Part shown: piece by piece, positions 17,524 through 26,945 of the stretch | Layout of the letters: each line of letters starts with the position of its first letter | Position numbering within the stretch: position 1 is the first letter of the stretch | Source of the DNA: Thermodesulfobacteriota bacterium | GTDB lineage: Bacteria > Desulfobacterota_D > UBA1144 > Nemesobacterales > Mycalebacteriaceae | NCBI GenBank assembly: GCA_965226585.1 | Contig: OZ245366.1 | Coordinates: 487,423-551,422 of the forward strand | DNA: 64,000 bases | Direction: 5' to 3' | The notes under the pieces: model-generated | What the model was told of the DNA's origin: nothing | Databases searched by the model: none | What the model saw: the letters and a program-made list of their open reading frames with translations, nothing else | Made by a program: the position numbers and the translations under genes

Positions 17524-18255
17524 TTAACCTTTTTTCAACTCCTCCATCACCACTTTCATATCATCCCACAGGGGGCGTTTGAAAGCCGGATTCCTGAGGA
17601 GCGCGGCGGGATGGTAGGTTACCATAAGTTTTGTTTTCCCGTATTCGTGAAACACCCCGCGCAGAGAGCCGAGAGAGACTCCGGCGCCGAGTTTCAAAAT
17701 CGCCTTTGCCGCCACAAGCCCCAGACACACCACAATTCGCGGAGAGATGACGCCCAGCTGCCCGAGCAAAAACGGCTCGCACTGCGCCACTTCATCGGGT
17801 TCAGGGTTGCGGTTTTCAGGCGGTCTGCACTTCACCACATTGCAGATATAGACATCGGAACGCTCCATATTCATCGCGGATATTATCTTGCCCAGAAGCT
17901 GTCCCGCCCTGCCGATAAACGGTCTTCCCTGCTCGTCCTCGTCCTTTCCGGGACCTTCGCCCACAAACACGAGTTTCGCCTCCGGGTTTCCTTCGCCGAA
18001 AACTATTGATTTTCTGCCCTCGTGAAGTTTGCACCTTTCGCAGTCGCCAAGATGCTCTCTTACTTCCTCAAGTGTTTTTGCTCCTTTTCCGTCAAAAAGC
18101 GATGACGGCGGGGCGACAGACACGGAAGACGGTTTTGCGGGAGATGGTTTTGCAGTTTTCGTTTTTATCGCCATTCCGTTTCCCATTCGCGACTGAAACT
18201 CAAGATAGCCCTTGAGGTCTCTTATCACGGCTTCGGTTTCTTCTTTTCTTCCCAT
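17524..18255 (-). CDS. Uracil-DNA glycosylase, family 4 (UdgA-type, Fe-S)
   Basis: GEGPG...EDEQGRPFIGRAG and the HPAALLR motifs are present with a Cys cluster (CERC...C). A low-complexity N-terminal extension of about 70 aa precedes the domain. Its stop codon directly abuts the tRNA-Arg 5' end. Confidence 0.85.
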   Translation of the reverse strand: MGRKEETEAVIRDLKGYLEFQSRMGNGMAIKTKTAKPSPAKPSSVSVAPPSSLFDGKGAKTLEEVREHLGDCERCKLHEGRKSIVFGEGNPEAKLVFVGEGPGKDEDEQGRPFIGRAGQLLGKIISAMNMERSDVYICNVVKCRPPENRNPEPDEVAQCEPFLLGQLGVISPRIVVCLGLVAAKAILKLGAGVSLGSLRGVFHEYGKTKLMVTYHPAALLRNPAFKRPLWDDMKVVMEELKKG

Positions 18256-18351
18256 TTGTCCGGGCGGTTAATTCATTTGAAAGCCGCCCCCCGTTAATCT
18301 ACAATATACACCCTTACGGGCGGCAGGTGGGATTTTTGCCGCAAGCGTCCA

Positions 18352-20781
18352 ATGAAAAAGATTTATACCCCTCAAACCGTTGAGACAAAATGGCAGGAAA
18401 AATGGGAGCGGGACGGCGCGCACAAACCCTGTTCCGATTCCGGCAAGCCGAAGTTCTATGTTCTGGAGATGTTTCCCTATCCGTCCGGGCGGATACACAT
18501 GGGGCACGTGCGCAACTACACAATTGGCGATGTTATTGCCCGCTATAAAAGGGCGCGCGGCTTTGACGTTCTGCATCCAATCGGGTGGGACGCCTTCGGT
18601 CTGCCCGCAGAAAACGCGGCGATAAGCAACGGGGTTGACCCTTCGGAGTGGACAAAAACAAACATCGCCCAGATGAGAACGCAGTTGAAACGGCTCGGTT
18701 TTTCCTACGACTGGTCGAGAGAGATAGCGACTTGCGACCCGTCATATTACAAATGGGAGCAGTGGCTTTTCACCCGGATGCTTGAGAAGGGGCTCGCGTA
18801 TCGCAAAAAAACATTTGTGAACTGGGATCCCGAAGACAAAACCGTTCTCGCCAATGAGCAGGTGATAGACGGAAAGGGCTGGCGTTCCGGCGCGCCCGTT
18901 GAGCGCAGGGAGATAGAGCAGTGGTTTTTGCGCATAAGCGACTACTCGGACGAACTGCTTGACGGACTGAAAAATCTCCGAGACTGGCCCGAGCCGGTAA
19001 AAACCATGCAGTCAAACTGGATAGGGCGTTCCGAAGGCGTTGAGATGACGTTTGACTGCCCGGATTCCTCTCCCGTAACGGTTTTTACCACAAGACCCGA
19101 CACGGTGATGGGGGTTACCTTCATCGCGGTTGCGCCGGGGCATCCGGCGGCTCTCGCGGCGGCAAAAACGGATAAAAAAGTTGCTGATTTTATCGGCGCG
19201 GCGAAAGCCCTTCCGGTTTCAGAGGCGCAGCTTGAGGCGGTTGAGAAAAAAGGCGTTCCGCTTGGGATTTCCGCCATACATCCGGTTTCCGGCGAAAAAA
19301 TTCCCGTGTGGGCGGCAAACTTTGTTCTTACGGGCTACGGTTCGGGAGCCGTTATGTGCGTTCCCGCTCACGACAGAAGGGATTTTGATTTTGCGAAAAA
19401 ATACGGATTGCCCGTAAAACAGGTTGTTTTCCCCAAAGGGGAGGATTTTGATATTGAGGAGGGCGCGTTTACGGGTGAGGGGATTTTGAAAAATTCAGGC
19501 GATTTTGACGGGCTTTCTTCAGATGAGGCGTTTTCAGAGATAGCGGATTTTCTGGGAAAAGCGGAAAAAGGCGGACGGGTTACAAACTACCGCCTGCGCG
19601 ACTGGGGAATATCGCGCCAGAGATACTGGGGCGCGCCCGTTCCCGTTATCCATTGCGGCGCGTGCGGGGCGGTTCCCGTTCCGGACGGCGACCTGCCCGT
19701 GCGTTTGCCCGAAGGCATGAATTTCAGCAGAGGAGAGGTTGCGTCTCTCGCTTCGGTAGAGTCTTTTGTGTCTGTCAACTGCCCGAAGTGCGGCGGAAAA
19801 GCGGAAAGAGACACAGACACGATGGACACTTTTGTTGAGTCGTCCTGGTATTTTCTCAGGTACGTGTCTCCCGATTTTGACGGGGCGATGTTCAACCCCG
19901 AATCCGCGCGCCGCTGGATGCCGGTTGATCAGTACATAGGCGGCGTTGAGCACGCGATACTTCACCTGCTTTATTCAAGATTTTTTGTGCGCGCTCTCAG
20001 GGATTTGGATATGTGCGATTTTGACGAGCCGTTTTCCGCCCTTCTCACTCAGGGCATGGTTACAAAAGACGGGGCGAAAATGTCAAAATCTCTCGGCAAC
20101 ACCGTTGACCCGGACGAAATGATAGAAAAATACGGCGCGGATGCGGTTCGTCTTTTTATTCTTTTCGCGGCTCCGGCGGAAAAGTCGCTTGACTGGAACG
20201 AAAAGGGAATTGAGGGAATGAGCAGATTTTTGAAGCGGCTTTGGTCTCTTGTCCAGTCGGCAAATACGGCGGATGAGGAGAGAAATCCCGGCGGTGAGGA
20301 AAAGCGGATACTCAGCCTTATGCACGGGACGATAAAAAAAGTTACCGAAGACACGGACGGTTTTCATTTCAACACCGCGATTGCCGCCCTGATGGAGTTT
20401 TTGAACTCCCTTTCCGCTTTCGCGGAAAAAAATCCTTCCTCCGCTCTGGTAAAAGAGGGGGCGGTTTCAATTATAAAACTCCTTTCCCCTATGGCTCCGC
20501 ATTTTTGCGAAGAGGCTTGGGAGATGACGGGCAATAAAGAGTCCGTTTTTCTTGAGCCGTGGCTTGAATTTGACAAGGAATTTTTGCATGGAGACACGAT
20601 GAGGGTGGTTTTTCAGGTGAACGGAAAGGTGAGGGCGCAGGCGGATATGCCCTCCGGTTCAACCGAAAAGGATATGGAAAACGCCGCTATTGCCGCTCCG
20701 GGGGTGGAGAAGTTTATTTCGGGGAGAGAGGTGAGGAAAATTATAGTTGTGCCGGGAAAACTGGTAAATATTGTGGTTTAG
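18352..20781 (+). CDS. leuS: Leucine--tRNA ligase
   Basis: It has the class I HIGH region ([15 protein letters not shown]) and a KMSKS motif (KMSKSLGN), at 809 aa. Confidence 0.95.
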   Translation: MKKIYTPQTVETKWQEKWERDGAHKPCSDSGKPKFYVLEMFPYPSGRIHMGHVRNYTIGDVIARYKRARGFDVLHPIGWDAFGLPAENAAISNGVDPSEWTKTNIAQMRTQLKRLGFSYDWSREIATCDPSYYKWEQWLFTRMLEKGLAYRKKTFVNWDPEDKTVLANEQVIDGKGWRSGAPVERREIEQWFLRISDYSDELLDGLKNLRDWPEPVKTMQSNWIGRSEGVEMTFDCPDSSPVTVFTTRPDTVMGVTFIAVAPGHPAALAAAKTDKKVADFIGAAKALPVSEAQLEAVEKKGVPLGISAIHPVSGEKIPVWAANFVLTGYGSGAVMCVPAHDRRDFDFAKKYGLPVKQVVFPKGEDFDIEEGAFTGEGILKNSGDFDGLSSDEAFSEIADFLGKAEKGGRVTNYRLRDWGISRQRYWGAPVPVIHCGACGAVPVPDGDLPVRLPEGMNFSRGEVASLASVESFVSVNCPKCGGKAERDTDTMDTFVESSWYFLRYVSPDFDGAMFNPESARRWMPVDQYIGGVEHAILHLLYSRFFVRALRDLDMCDFDEPFSALLTQGMVTKDGAKMSKSLGNTVDPDEMIEKYGADAVRLFILFAAPAEKSLDWNEKGIEGMSRFLKRLWSLVQSANTADEERNPGGEEKRILSLMHGTIKKVTEDTDGFHFNTAIAALMEFLNSLSAFAEKNPSSALVKEGAVSIIKLLSPMAPHFCEEAWEMTGNKESVFLEPWLEFDKEFLHGDTMRVVFQVNGKVRAQADMPSGSTEKDMENAAIAAPGVEKFISGREVRKIIVVPGKLVNIVV

Positions 20782-20814
20782 AGATGGTTGATTCTCAAAA
20801 TACGGAGGCGTTTC

Positions 20815-21876
20815 ATGGGAAAGGATGACAAATTCTTTGAGAAGAAAGTTGAAGCCGTTGAGGTGGAGGGCGGCAAAAGCGTTTCGGATTTAATCTCCGC
20901 GATGTCAAAAACGGGCTTTCAGGGCAGAAGCCTTGCGCGAACGGTTGAGGTTTTCGAAAAAATAGTTAACGATCCTGATGTTACCGTTTTCCTCGGCTAT
21001 GCGGGCTCTCTCTCCACAACCGGGCAGTGGAAAATAATAAACTGGTTTATTGAGAACCGCTTTGTTGACGTGCTTATTCCCACGGGCGCGAACATATCAG
21101 AAGACATTATAGACGCGATGGGTTTCGGGTATTTTCAGGGTTCGGCAAACGCGGACGATACAAAACTTTTTTCCGAGGGAATAAACCGCTATTACGATGT
21201 CTATGGGAAAGAATCCGACTATCTTGAGATGACGGAGATGATAGCGGAGTTTATCCTCACTCTTGACAAGGGGCATAAATACTCTTCTCGTGAGTTTTTG
21301 AAACTTTTCGGCGGCTATCTTTCAAAAAAGAAAATAAACTCAATAGTGTCTGCGGCGGCTGACAGCGGTGTTCCGGTTTTTTGTCCGGCAATCGCGGACA
21401 GCCCGTACGGAGACGCCGCGCTTATAGCGGAGAGCCGGGGTTTTCATCTCACAATAGACGCGATAAAAGATTATGTGGAGTTTATGGAGATGGGCGAGAA
21501 GGTTAAAGATACGGCGGTAATTTATATCGGCGGCGGCGTTCCGAAAGATTTTATTCAGCTTTTTGCCGTAACCGGCGACCTGCTTTATGAAGACAGAGCG
21601 GTTCCGGGCAGAAAACAGGGAGTGAACAGAAAAGGAACGGGACCGGCTGAGACATACTATCCGCACAAATACGCGATTCAGATAACAACGGATTCTCCGC
21701 AGTGGGGCGGTCTCAGCGGTTGCACTTTTGAGGAGGCGGTTTCATGGGGAAAGGAAAATCCCGAAGGCGGTCTTGTGCAGTGTTATTGTGATGCGACAAT
21801 CGCCCTGCCGATTATTTCCCGCGCAATCGCGGAGAGGGTGAAAAAACCGAGAAAGGGAACGGATTTGGGATTTTAA
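20815..21876 (+). CDS. Deoxyhypusine synthase-like protein (DHS family)
   Basis: A DHS-family fold is recognisable (GYAGSLSTTGQW...IPTGANISEDIID). I placed the start at MGKDDKFF. Confidence 0.7.
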   Translation: MGKDDKFFEKKVEAVEVEGGKSVSDLISAMSKTGFQGRSLARTVEVFEKIVNDPDVTVFLGYAGSLSTTGQWKIINWFIENRFVDVLIPTGANISEDIIDAMGFGYFQGSANADDTKLFSEGINRYYDVYGKESDYLEMTEMIAEFILTLDKGHKYSSREFLKLFGGYLSKKKINSIVSAAADSGVPVFCPAIADSPYGDAALIAESRGFHLTIDAIKDYVEFMEMGEKVKDTAVIYIGGGVPKDFIQLFAVTGDLLYEDRAVPGRKQGVNRKGTGPAETYYPHKYAIQITTDSPQWGGLSGCTFEEAVSWGKENPEGGLVQCYCDATIALPIISRAIAERVKKPRKGTDLGF

Positions 21877-21896
21877 TTTATATGGAGGTTTCAAAA

Positions 21897-22658
21897 ATGA
21901 GACTTAAAGGAAAAACGGCTTTAATAACCGGCGGCAGTGAGGGCATTGGAAAGGCGACCGCTTTGCTTTTTTGCAAAGAGGGCGCGAAGGTGGGAATTAT
22001 GTCCAGAACCGCGAAAAACCTTAAAAAGGTTGTTTCCTCTGCGAAAGGGCGCGGGGAGATAAAAGCGTTTTCGGGTGATGTGTCAAACGAAAAAGATGTT
22101 AAAAGGGTTGTGAACGCATTTTACAAGCAGTTTGGCAGGATAGACATTCTTTTCAACAACGCCGGAATTCTTGAAGGCGGAACGGTTGCCACGACCACAA
22201 GCGAAGTTTGGGACAGAACGATTAACATAAATGTAAAGGGGGTTTTTCTGGTGAGCAAATACGCCGTTCCTTTAATGGCGAAGCACGGCGGCGGTTCCGT
22301 GATAAATAATTCAAGTGTTCTTGGAATGGTGGCGATGGAGGATTGTGTTGCGTATAACGCCTCAAAGGGCGCGGTTAGGCAGATAACAAAAAGCATGGCG
22401 CTTGACCACGCGAAGGAGAATATACGGGTTAATTCCGTTTGTCCGGGTTACATAAAGACGAAAATGGATGTTGAGTTTATGGGCAATCCTCCCGATGCTG
22501 AGGAGAAGCTTGATGAGATAGCGGCGGGGATGATACCGATGGTAAGAAGGGCTGAGCCGCTTGAGGTTGCGCAGTCCGTTCTTTTTCTCGCGTCTGACGA
22601 GTCAACATATATGACGGGTTCGGATCTTGTAATAGACGGCGGATGGACGGTTTTATAG
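21897..22658 (+). CDS. SDR-family oxidoreductase (3-oxoacyl-ACP reductase-like)
   Basis: It has TGGSEGIGKA (Rossmann), NNAG and the catalytic YNASK. The ATG at 21897 is preceded by GGAGG at an 8-nt spacing. Confidence 0.85.
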   Translation: MRLKGKTALITGGSEGIGKATALLFCKEGAKVGIMSRTAKNLKKVVSSAKGRGEIKAFSGDVSNEKDVKRVVNAFYKQFGRIDILFNNAGILEGGTVATTTSEVWDRTININVKGVFLVSKYAVPLMAKHGGGSVINNSSVLGMVAMEDCVAYNASKGAVRQITKSMALDHAKENIRVNSVCPGYIKTKMDVEFMGNPPDAEEKLDEIAAGMIPMVRRAEPLEVAQSVLFLASDESTYMTGSDLVIDGGWTVL

Positions 22659-22662
22659 GCAA

Positions 22663-23064
22663 GTGAGTGATATTGAAACAAGGGAGGATGTGGAACTGCT
22701 TGTAGACCGTTTCTACGACAAAATGCTCGCGGATTCAATTCTCGGTTTTATTTTCACGGATATTGCGAAGGTTGATATTGATAAACACAAGCCGGTTATT
22801 TGTGATTTTTGGGAAACGCTTTTGTTTAACAAGGCGGTCTACAAACGGGGACCCGAAGTGATGAATGTGCACAAGAGGCTTAATGAAAAGATTCCTCTAA
22901 AAAAAGGGCATTTCAAAAGGTGGCTTTTTCTGTTCTCAAGAACCGTTGACGAATTGTTTGAAGGCAAACGCGCAAGTTTTGCCAAAGAGAAAGCGGATTC
23001 AATTGCGGTGCTGATGCAAAAGAGAGTTGGGGTTGAGGGAGGGGTGGAAGGGAAAAGCATATAG
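22663..23064 (+). CDS. Globin-like protein (truncated haemoglobin family)
   Basis: It is about 130 aa with a truncated-Hb-like pattern (FYDKMLADSILGFIF...FWETLLF). It has a GTG start. Confidence 0.45.
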   Translation: MSDIETREDVELLVDRFYDKMLADSILGFIFTDIAKVDIDKHKPVICDFWETLLFNKAVYKRGPEVMNVHKRLNEKIPLKKGHFKRWLFLFSRTVDELFEGKRASFAKEKADSIAVLMQKRVGVEGGVEGKSI

Positions 23065-23089
23065 TGGTATTCTACGGGAGGTAGTATTG

Positions 23090-23896
23090 ATGGAATTACA
23101 AAAGAAGAAGTCAATTGAAGCTATAGTTCGTTCTGCTGTGGAGTCGTACGCCGTAGGCTTTCAAGCACGCCATGAAGGAGAGGTTGATAATCCTTCTGGC
23201 GTCATCAATATGAAGGTTCATAATGTTTTTATTGAGGCACTTGGGAAAGATATTCAATACTACGCTGCACTTGTACGTTCTTTGGATAGTTCACTCGGAA
23301 ACATGCTTGAAAACATGGCAATCAACATAGCAAAGATGTCATTTGAGGTGAGAACCAATGTTGAAGGTCCGCTTGACCCATCTCAAACACGGAAGATTGC
23401 AAATATTCTGGAGAAGTACAAAAGTCGCAAGAAGGTACCGGCAATATCTGACTATAAGGGTTTGAGAAAACCCCCGAAGGGTGACAAGGCAAGTAAAAAA
23501 CGCCATGAAAGCGATTACTACTTGATTGATGACAAAAATGACAGTCACTATTTGATTGAACTGAAAATTGGCGGTGATCTGGATAACAAGAAAGCCCGTT
23601 CCGAGAAAGAGGCGATTTTAGAACAGTTTGCCATATTGTCTAATACTCTCCCACAAGATAAAGAAATTAAGATTTTCTTTGCAACAGGCTATAACCGCTT
23701 TGGTGAGAATCAGCCTTGGAAACAGGAGCGTGTTCGTCAGTTTTTTGCTGATGAAGAACTACTTGTCGGCAAAGATTTCTGGAATTTTGTATGTTGTTCA
23801 GATGACGGCTATCCTACCGTCATTAATACTTACAGAGAGAGTGCCCACTTGATTAACAAAGCACTCGAGTCGATAAAGAGGACTTATCTTGGCTAA
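23090..23896 (+). CDS. Putative type II restriction endonuclease (PD-(D/E)xK fold)
   Basis: It lies immediately upstream of, and overlaps, a DNA methyltransferase gene. A candidate catalytic motif is ...YYLIDDKNDSHYLIELK (D...ELK). It is AT-rich and its start has a GGGAGG RBS. Confidence 0.5.
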   Translation: MELQKKKSIEAIVRSAVESYAVGFQARHEGEVDNPSGVINMKVHNVFIEALGKDIQYYAALVRSLDSSLGNMLENMAINIAKMSFEVRTNVEGPLDPSQTRKIANILEKYKSRKKVPAISDYKGLRKPPKGDKASKKRHESDYYLIDDKNDSHYLIELKIGGDLDNKKARSEKEAILEQFAILSNTLPQDKEIKIFFATGYNRFGENQPWKQERVRQFFADEELLVGKDFWNFVCCSDDGYPTVINTYRESAHLINKALESIKRTYLG

Positions 23897-24659
23897 AAAA
23901 GTAGAAAAGAGTTATCAATTGCGTCTGGGGGATAGCCATGAATTGATAAAGCAAGTACCCACTTCTTCTGTTGATTTAATCCTTACAGATCCTCCCTATA
24001 ATCTAAGTCCTTATTCTACCGGCAACATTAAGATGTCTTGGCGAAAAGATTTGAACAACGATCTTGCGGACTGGGATAAGGTTGAATTCAAGCCGTCCGA
24101 ATGGGTCAAGGAGTTTAAGAGAATACTAAAACCAGAAGGAAACATTTTTGCCTTCTGTAGTTACAATCTTATTGGCAAATGGCACGAGGTTTTCGACCCT
24201 GAATTTGATACATTCCAATTTATGGTATGGCATAAAACAAACCCAGCACCCAAGATTCGTCGGGCGGGTTTCTTGAACAGTTGTGAAATGATAATTTGTA
24301 TGTGGAACAAAAACCACACTTGGAATTTTACAAATCAAAGAGATATGCACAACTTTATTGAAACACCGATTTGCATGGGTGTTGAAAGGATGAAAAAACC
24401 GAAACACCCTACACAGAAGCCAGTAAGGGTTTTAGAACATTGTATCAACCTTGCTTCGGTGGAGGGTGATGTTGTTTTTGACCCGTTTATGGGAGTTGGT
24501 TCAACAGGAATTGCCGCCCTCAATTTGGATAGGAAGTTTATTGGATTTGAAATAGAAAAAGAATATTTTAAGGCAGCAGAGAAAAGATTGGATGGTAAAC
24601 CTGCCAAACTAGTTTTTGATTGCGATAAGCAAACTTCACGTAAGGTAGGTGTATCATAG
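23889..24659 (+). CDS. DNA methyltransferase, beta-class (N6-adenine or N4-cytosine)
   Basis: The catalytic DPPYN motif comes first, then HPTQKP, then a C-terminal SAM motif FDPFMGVGSTGIAA. This order is typical of beta-class amino-MTases. It has a TTG start overlapping the REase end. Confidence 0.85.
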   Translation: MAKKVEKSYQLRLGDSHELIKQVPTSSVDLILTDPPYNLSPYSTGNIKMSWRKDLNNDLADWDKVEFKPSEWVKEFKRILKPEGNIFAFCSYNLIGKWHEVFDPEFDTFQFMVWHKTNPAPKIRRAGFLNSCEMIICMWNKNHTWNFTNQRDMHNFIETPICMGVERMKKPKHPTQKPVRVLEHCINLASVEGDVVFDPFMGVGSTGIAALNLDRKFIGFEIEKEYFKAAEKRLDGKPAKLVFDCDKQTSRKVGVS

Positions 24660-25278
24660 GGTGATTATAGACTTTCCTGAGGCACAAACATATATTGCCA
24701 AGATAATTTCACAATATGTCAATAGACAAATTCGTGAACGCTCTAAATTGCTTTCAATGATGAATCCGGTACATGTCGTACATGAGGGTGACAGAATTGG
24801 AATTCACCGTGAAGATGGGAGCCGTGAGTCTAAACCACTTACGCTTCATAAGAGTGAGGTCCAAATAACAGGTGATAATGGGGTTGCAATTGGAGCAGAA
24901 GAACTGGTAAAAGGTCTTGATGATATGGTCGGGGATATGTCTCGTCAACTTGAAAAAAGTGTTGTGAGTGGAATACAAGATATCGCCGAGAAAGGCGAGA
25001 ATACAGTCTCAGGCAGTATGGACAATATTGAAAGTATGCAAGATATGCTTCTTCAATCAATGGAGAATATGCATATTGATTTCAAAGATGGTGATCGCAA
25101 TAAGCCAATACTCCCAAGTTTGCTTGTTCACCCCACTATGGGTTCAAAACTCGCCGAACTTGCATCAGGAGAGACGCAGATACAAAAAGATAACTTTAAG
25201 GAACGCGAAAAAAAGATATTGGATGAAAAATATAAGGATTACATAAATGATATCAATTCTCGTATTATCGTAGATTGA
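24649..25278 (+). CDS. Hypothetical protein X (no recognisable domain), third gene of the R-M operon
   Basis: Its start overlaps the MTase stop, and it is followed 1 nt later by the next gene. It is AT-rich. The start codon is uncertain (GTG at 24649/24661, or ATG at 24757). Confidence 0.45.
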   Translation: MYHRVIIDFPEAQTYIAKIISQYVNRQIRERSKLLSMMNPVHVVHEGDRIGIHREDGSRESKPLTLHKSEVQITGDNGVAIGAEELVKGLDDMVGDMSRQLEKSVVSGIQDIAEKGENTVSGSMDNIESMQDMLLQSMENMHIDFKDGDRNKPILPSLLVHPTMGSKLAELASGETQIQKDNFKEREKKILDEKYKDYINDINSRIIVD

Positions 25279-25279
25279 T

Positions 25280-26896
25280 ATGTGCAGTAGTAACAATCAA
25301 AATAGAGACCCTTTTTTACAGAGAGCTATTGAATACTGGCTAGATTCTGCAAACGAACTTGGCTATCAGCCACTTTTCTGTGAGTCATTGATAAACAAAG
25401 GGTATAGTCTCAAATATTCAATTAAAAATACGAGTTTTGAACAGGGAAAGGATGTTGTTGCAGTTGATTCTGAAGGAATACCCCATGCTTATCAATTAAA
25501 GGGTGGAAAGATAACTTTGGATAGGTGGAGAAGAGAAGTTAGACCTGAGATAGAGGCATTAATTGATTGTCCAATAGAGCATCCTGAAATTAAAAAAGAA
25601 GACATGCATGAGTCTCACCTCGTTACTAATGGTGAGTTAGATGATAGTGTTAGGGTTGAAATAAATAGCCTCAATTCCAAGAAATGGAAGGAAACTCCTC
25701 TGCGTTTAGAAACAAGAGGGGATTTGCTAAGTGCTTTTCAGAAAATGGCAGAAGGGATGTTTCCTATTGATGCGCAAATGTACAGACAAATTGTTGATTT
25801 AATGTTTGTGGATGGAGAGGGTTCTCCTAATCTGGATCGAGTAAACAATTTTCTTGTTGGGATTCTACAAATAAACAAAGACGGTAAAGTTCCAAAAGAG
25901 CAGAGGAAAAGAGATATAGCGGCAGCACTTCTTTACTCAACAATTTTTGTAGGGCATTACAGAAAAATGGAAAACCATATTTCCGTTGTCCGGATAATGG
26001 TTTTGTTGCTTTCTCTAATCTTTCATTTAGTCGACAAGCATAATCTTGAAGACAAGTATTGGATTGATTCCTACAAAATCATCTGGAATGACATTGTTGA
26101 AACATTAAAATTATTAGAAGGTGAAATTAAAGATGGTTCTCTTCATAGAATTCCTGAAGACCCTCTGAAGAGTGGACTCAAGCAATTTAGAGAGCATGGA
26201 GCAGTTTCCCTCCTGCTTTCCCTTCAATTGGCAGAATGTATCTCAAACAAAGAAAAACGTAACGATATAGTTGATTACTTAACTCAAGTAGATATAAACA
26301 AACATATTTTACTCTGGGGAGAATCTTCTTTAGTCCCCTACATTTTTATGTCGTTGATATTAAAGGTTCAAGAACCAAAATTCGCGTCTGATATTTTGAA
26401 AAATGCAGCATTAGAGATAATCAGACATAATGGAAGAACATCTAATGAAAAACTAGGTCTGCTTTCTCCTTATTATGATATAGATTATGCAGTAAAAATA
26501 AAATTCGATTTGTTGGAGAAAGAATTCGAGGATCATACACCTCTGCATTCTTATTTTTTAAATCCTCTCGTTCACCTGCTTGCAAGATTTCAAGAAAGAG
26601 CTTTTCTTTCTAGTGTTTGGAAGGAGATTTCCTTCATATATTTTGAAGAGTTTGTATTTGATAATAACATAGACTATTACCTTTGGAGATCCCAAAGAGG
26701 GGAAAATCTTACCACCGCTCCACAGAAACAGCAAAGTTGGTCGGATCTAGAGAATAAATCTTCTCAAACCAGTAGTGATATGCCTCCGAAAACGATGCAA
26801 AGATTTCCAGAATTTTTACCACTTTTCCTCTCAGTATTTCCTTTCAGATTAAATTCTCAAACACTATGTTTTTTGGACAGTCAAATTAATGGCTAA
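25280..26896 (+). CDS. Hypothetical protein Y with an N-terminal Mrr/NERD-like PD-(D/E)xK nuclease signature and a large C-terminal helical domain
   Basis: The N-terminal segment GKDVVAVDSEGIPHAYQLKGGK fits the D-x(n)-E/Q-x-K pattern of Mrr_cat/NERD restriction-endonuclease-like domains. The remaining roughly 420 aa have no recognisable motif. Confidence 0.5.
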   Translation: MCSSNNQNRDPFLQRAIEYWLDSANELGYQPLFCESLINKGYSLKYSIKNTSFEQGKDVVAVDSEGIPHAYQLKGGKITLDRWRREVRPEIEALIDCPIEHPEIKKEDMHESHLVTNGELDDSVRVEINSLNSKKWKETPLRLETRGDLLSAFQKMAEGMFPIDAQMYRQIVDLMFVDGEGSPNLDRVNNFLVGILQINKDGKVPKEQRKRDIAAALLYSTIFVGHYRKMENHISVVRIMVLLLSLIFHLVDKHNLEDKYWIDSYKIIWNDIVETLKLLEGEIKDGSLHRIPEDPLKSGLKQFREHGAVSLLLSLQLAECISNKEKRNDIVDYLTQVDINKHILLWGESSLVPYIFMSLILKVQEPKFASDILKNAALEIIRHNGRTSNEKLGLLSPYYDIDYAVKIKFDLLEKEFEDHTPLHSYFLNPLVHLLARFQERAFLSSVWKEISFIYFEEFVFDNNIDYYLWRSQRGENLTTAPQKQQSWSDLENKSSQTSSDMPPKTMQRFPEFLPLFLSVFPFRLNSQTLCFLDSQING

Positions 26897-26945
26897 TTCA
26901 GGAGGTTGCCAAATTTGTCTTTTTCCCGGCATTGTTTTAGGTATT

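Noticed and set aside
23027-23089. N-terminal 21-codon extension of the REase ORF (MGLREGWKGKAYSGILREVVL)
   Set aside because: It overlaps the end of the globin-like gene and is GC-rich, unlike the rest of the gene. The ATG at 23090 has a GGGAGG RBS and starts the AT-rich block.
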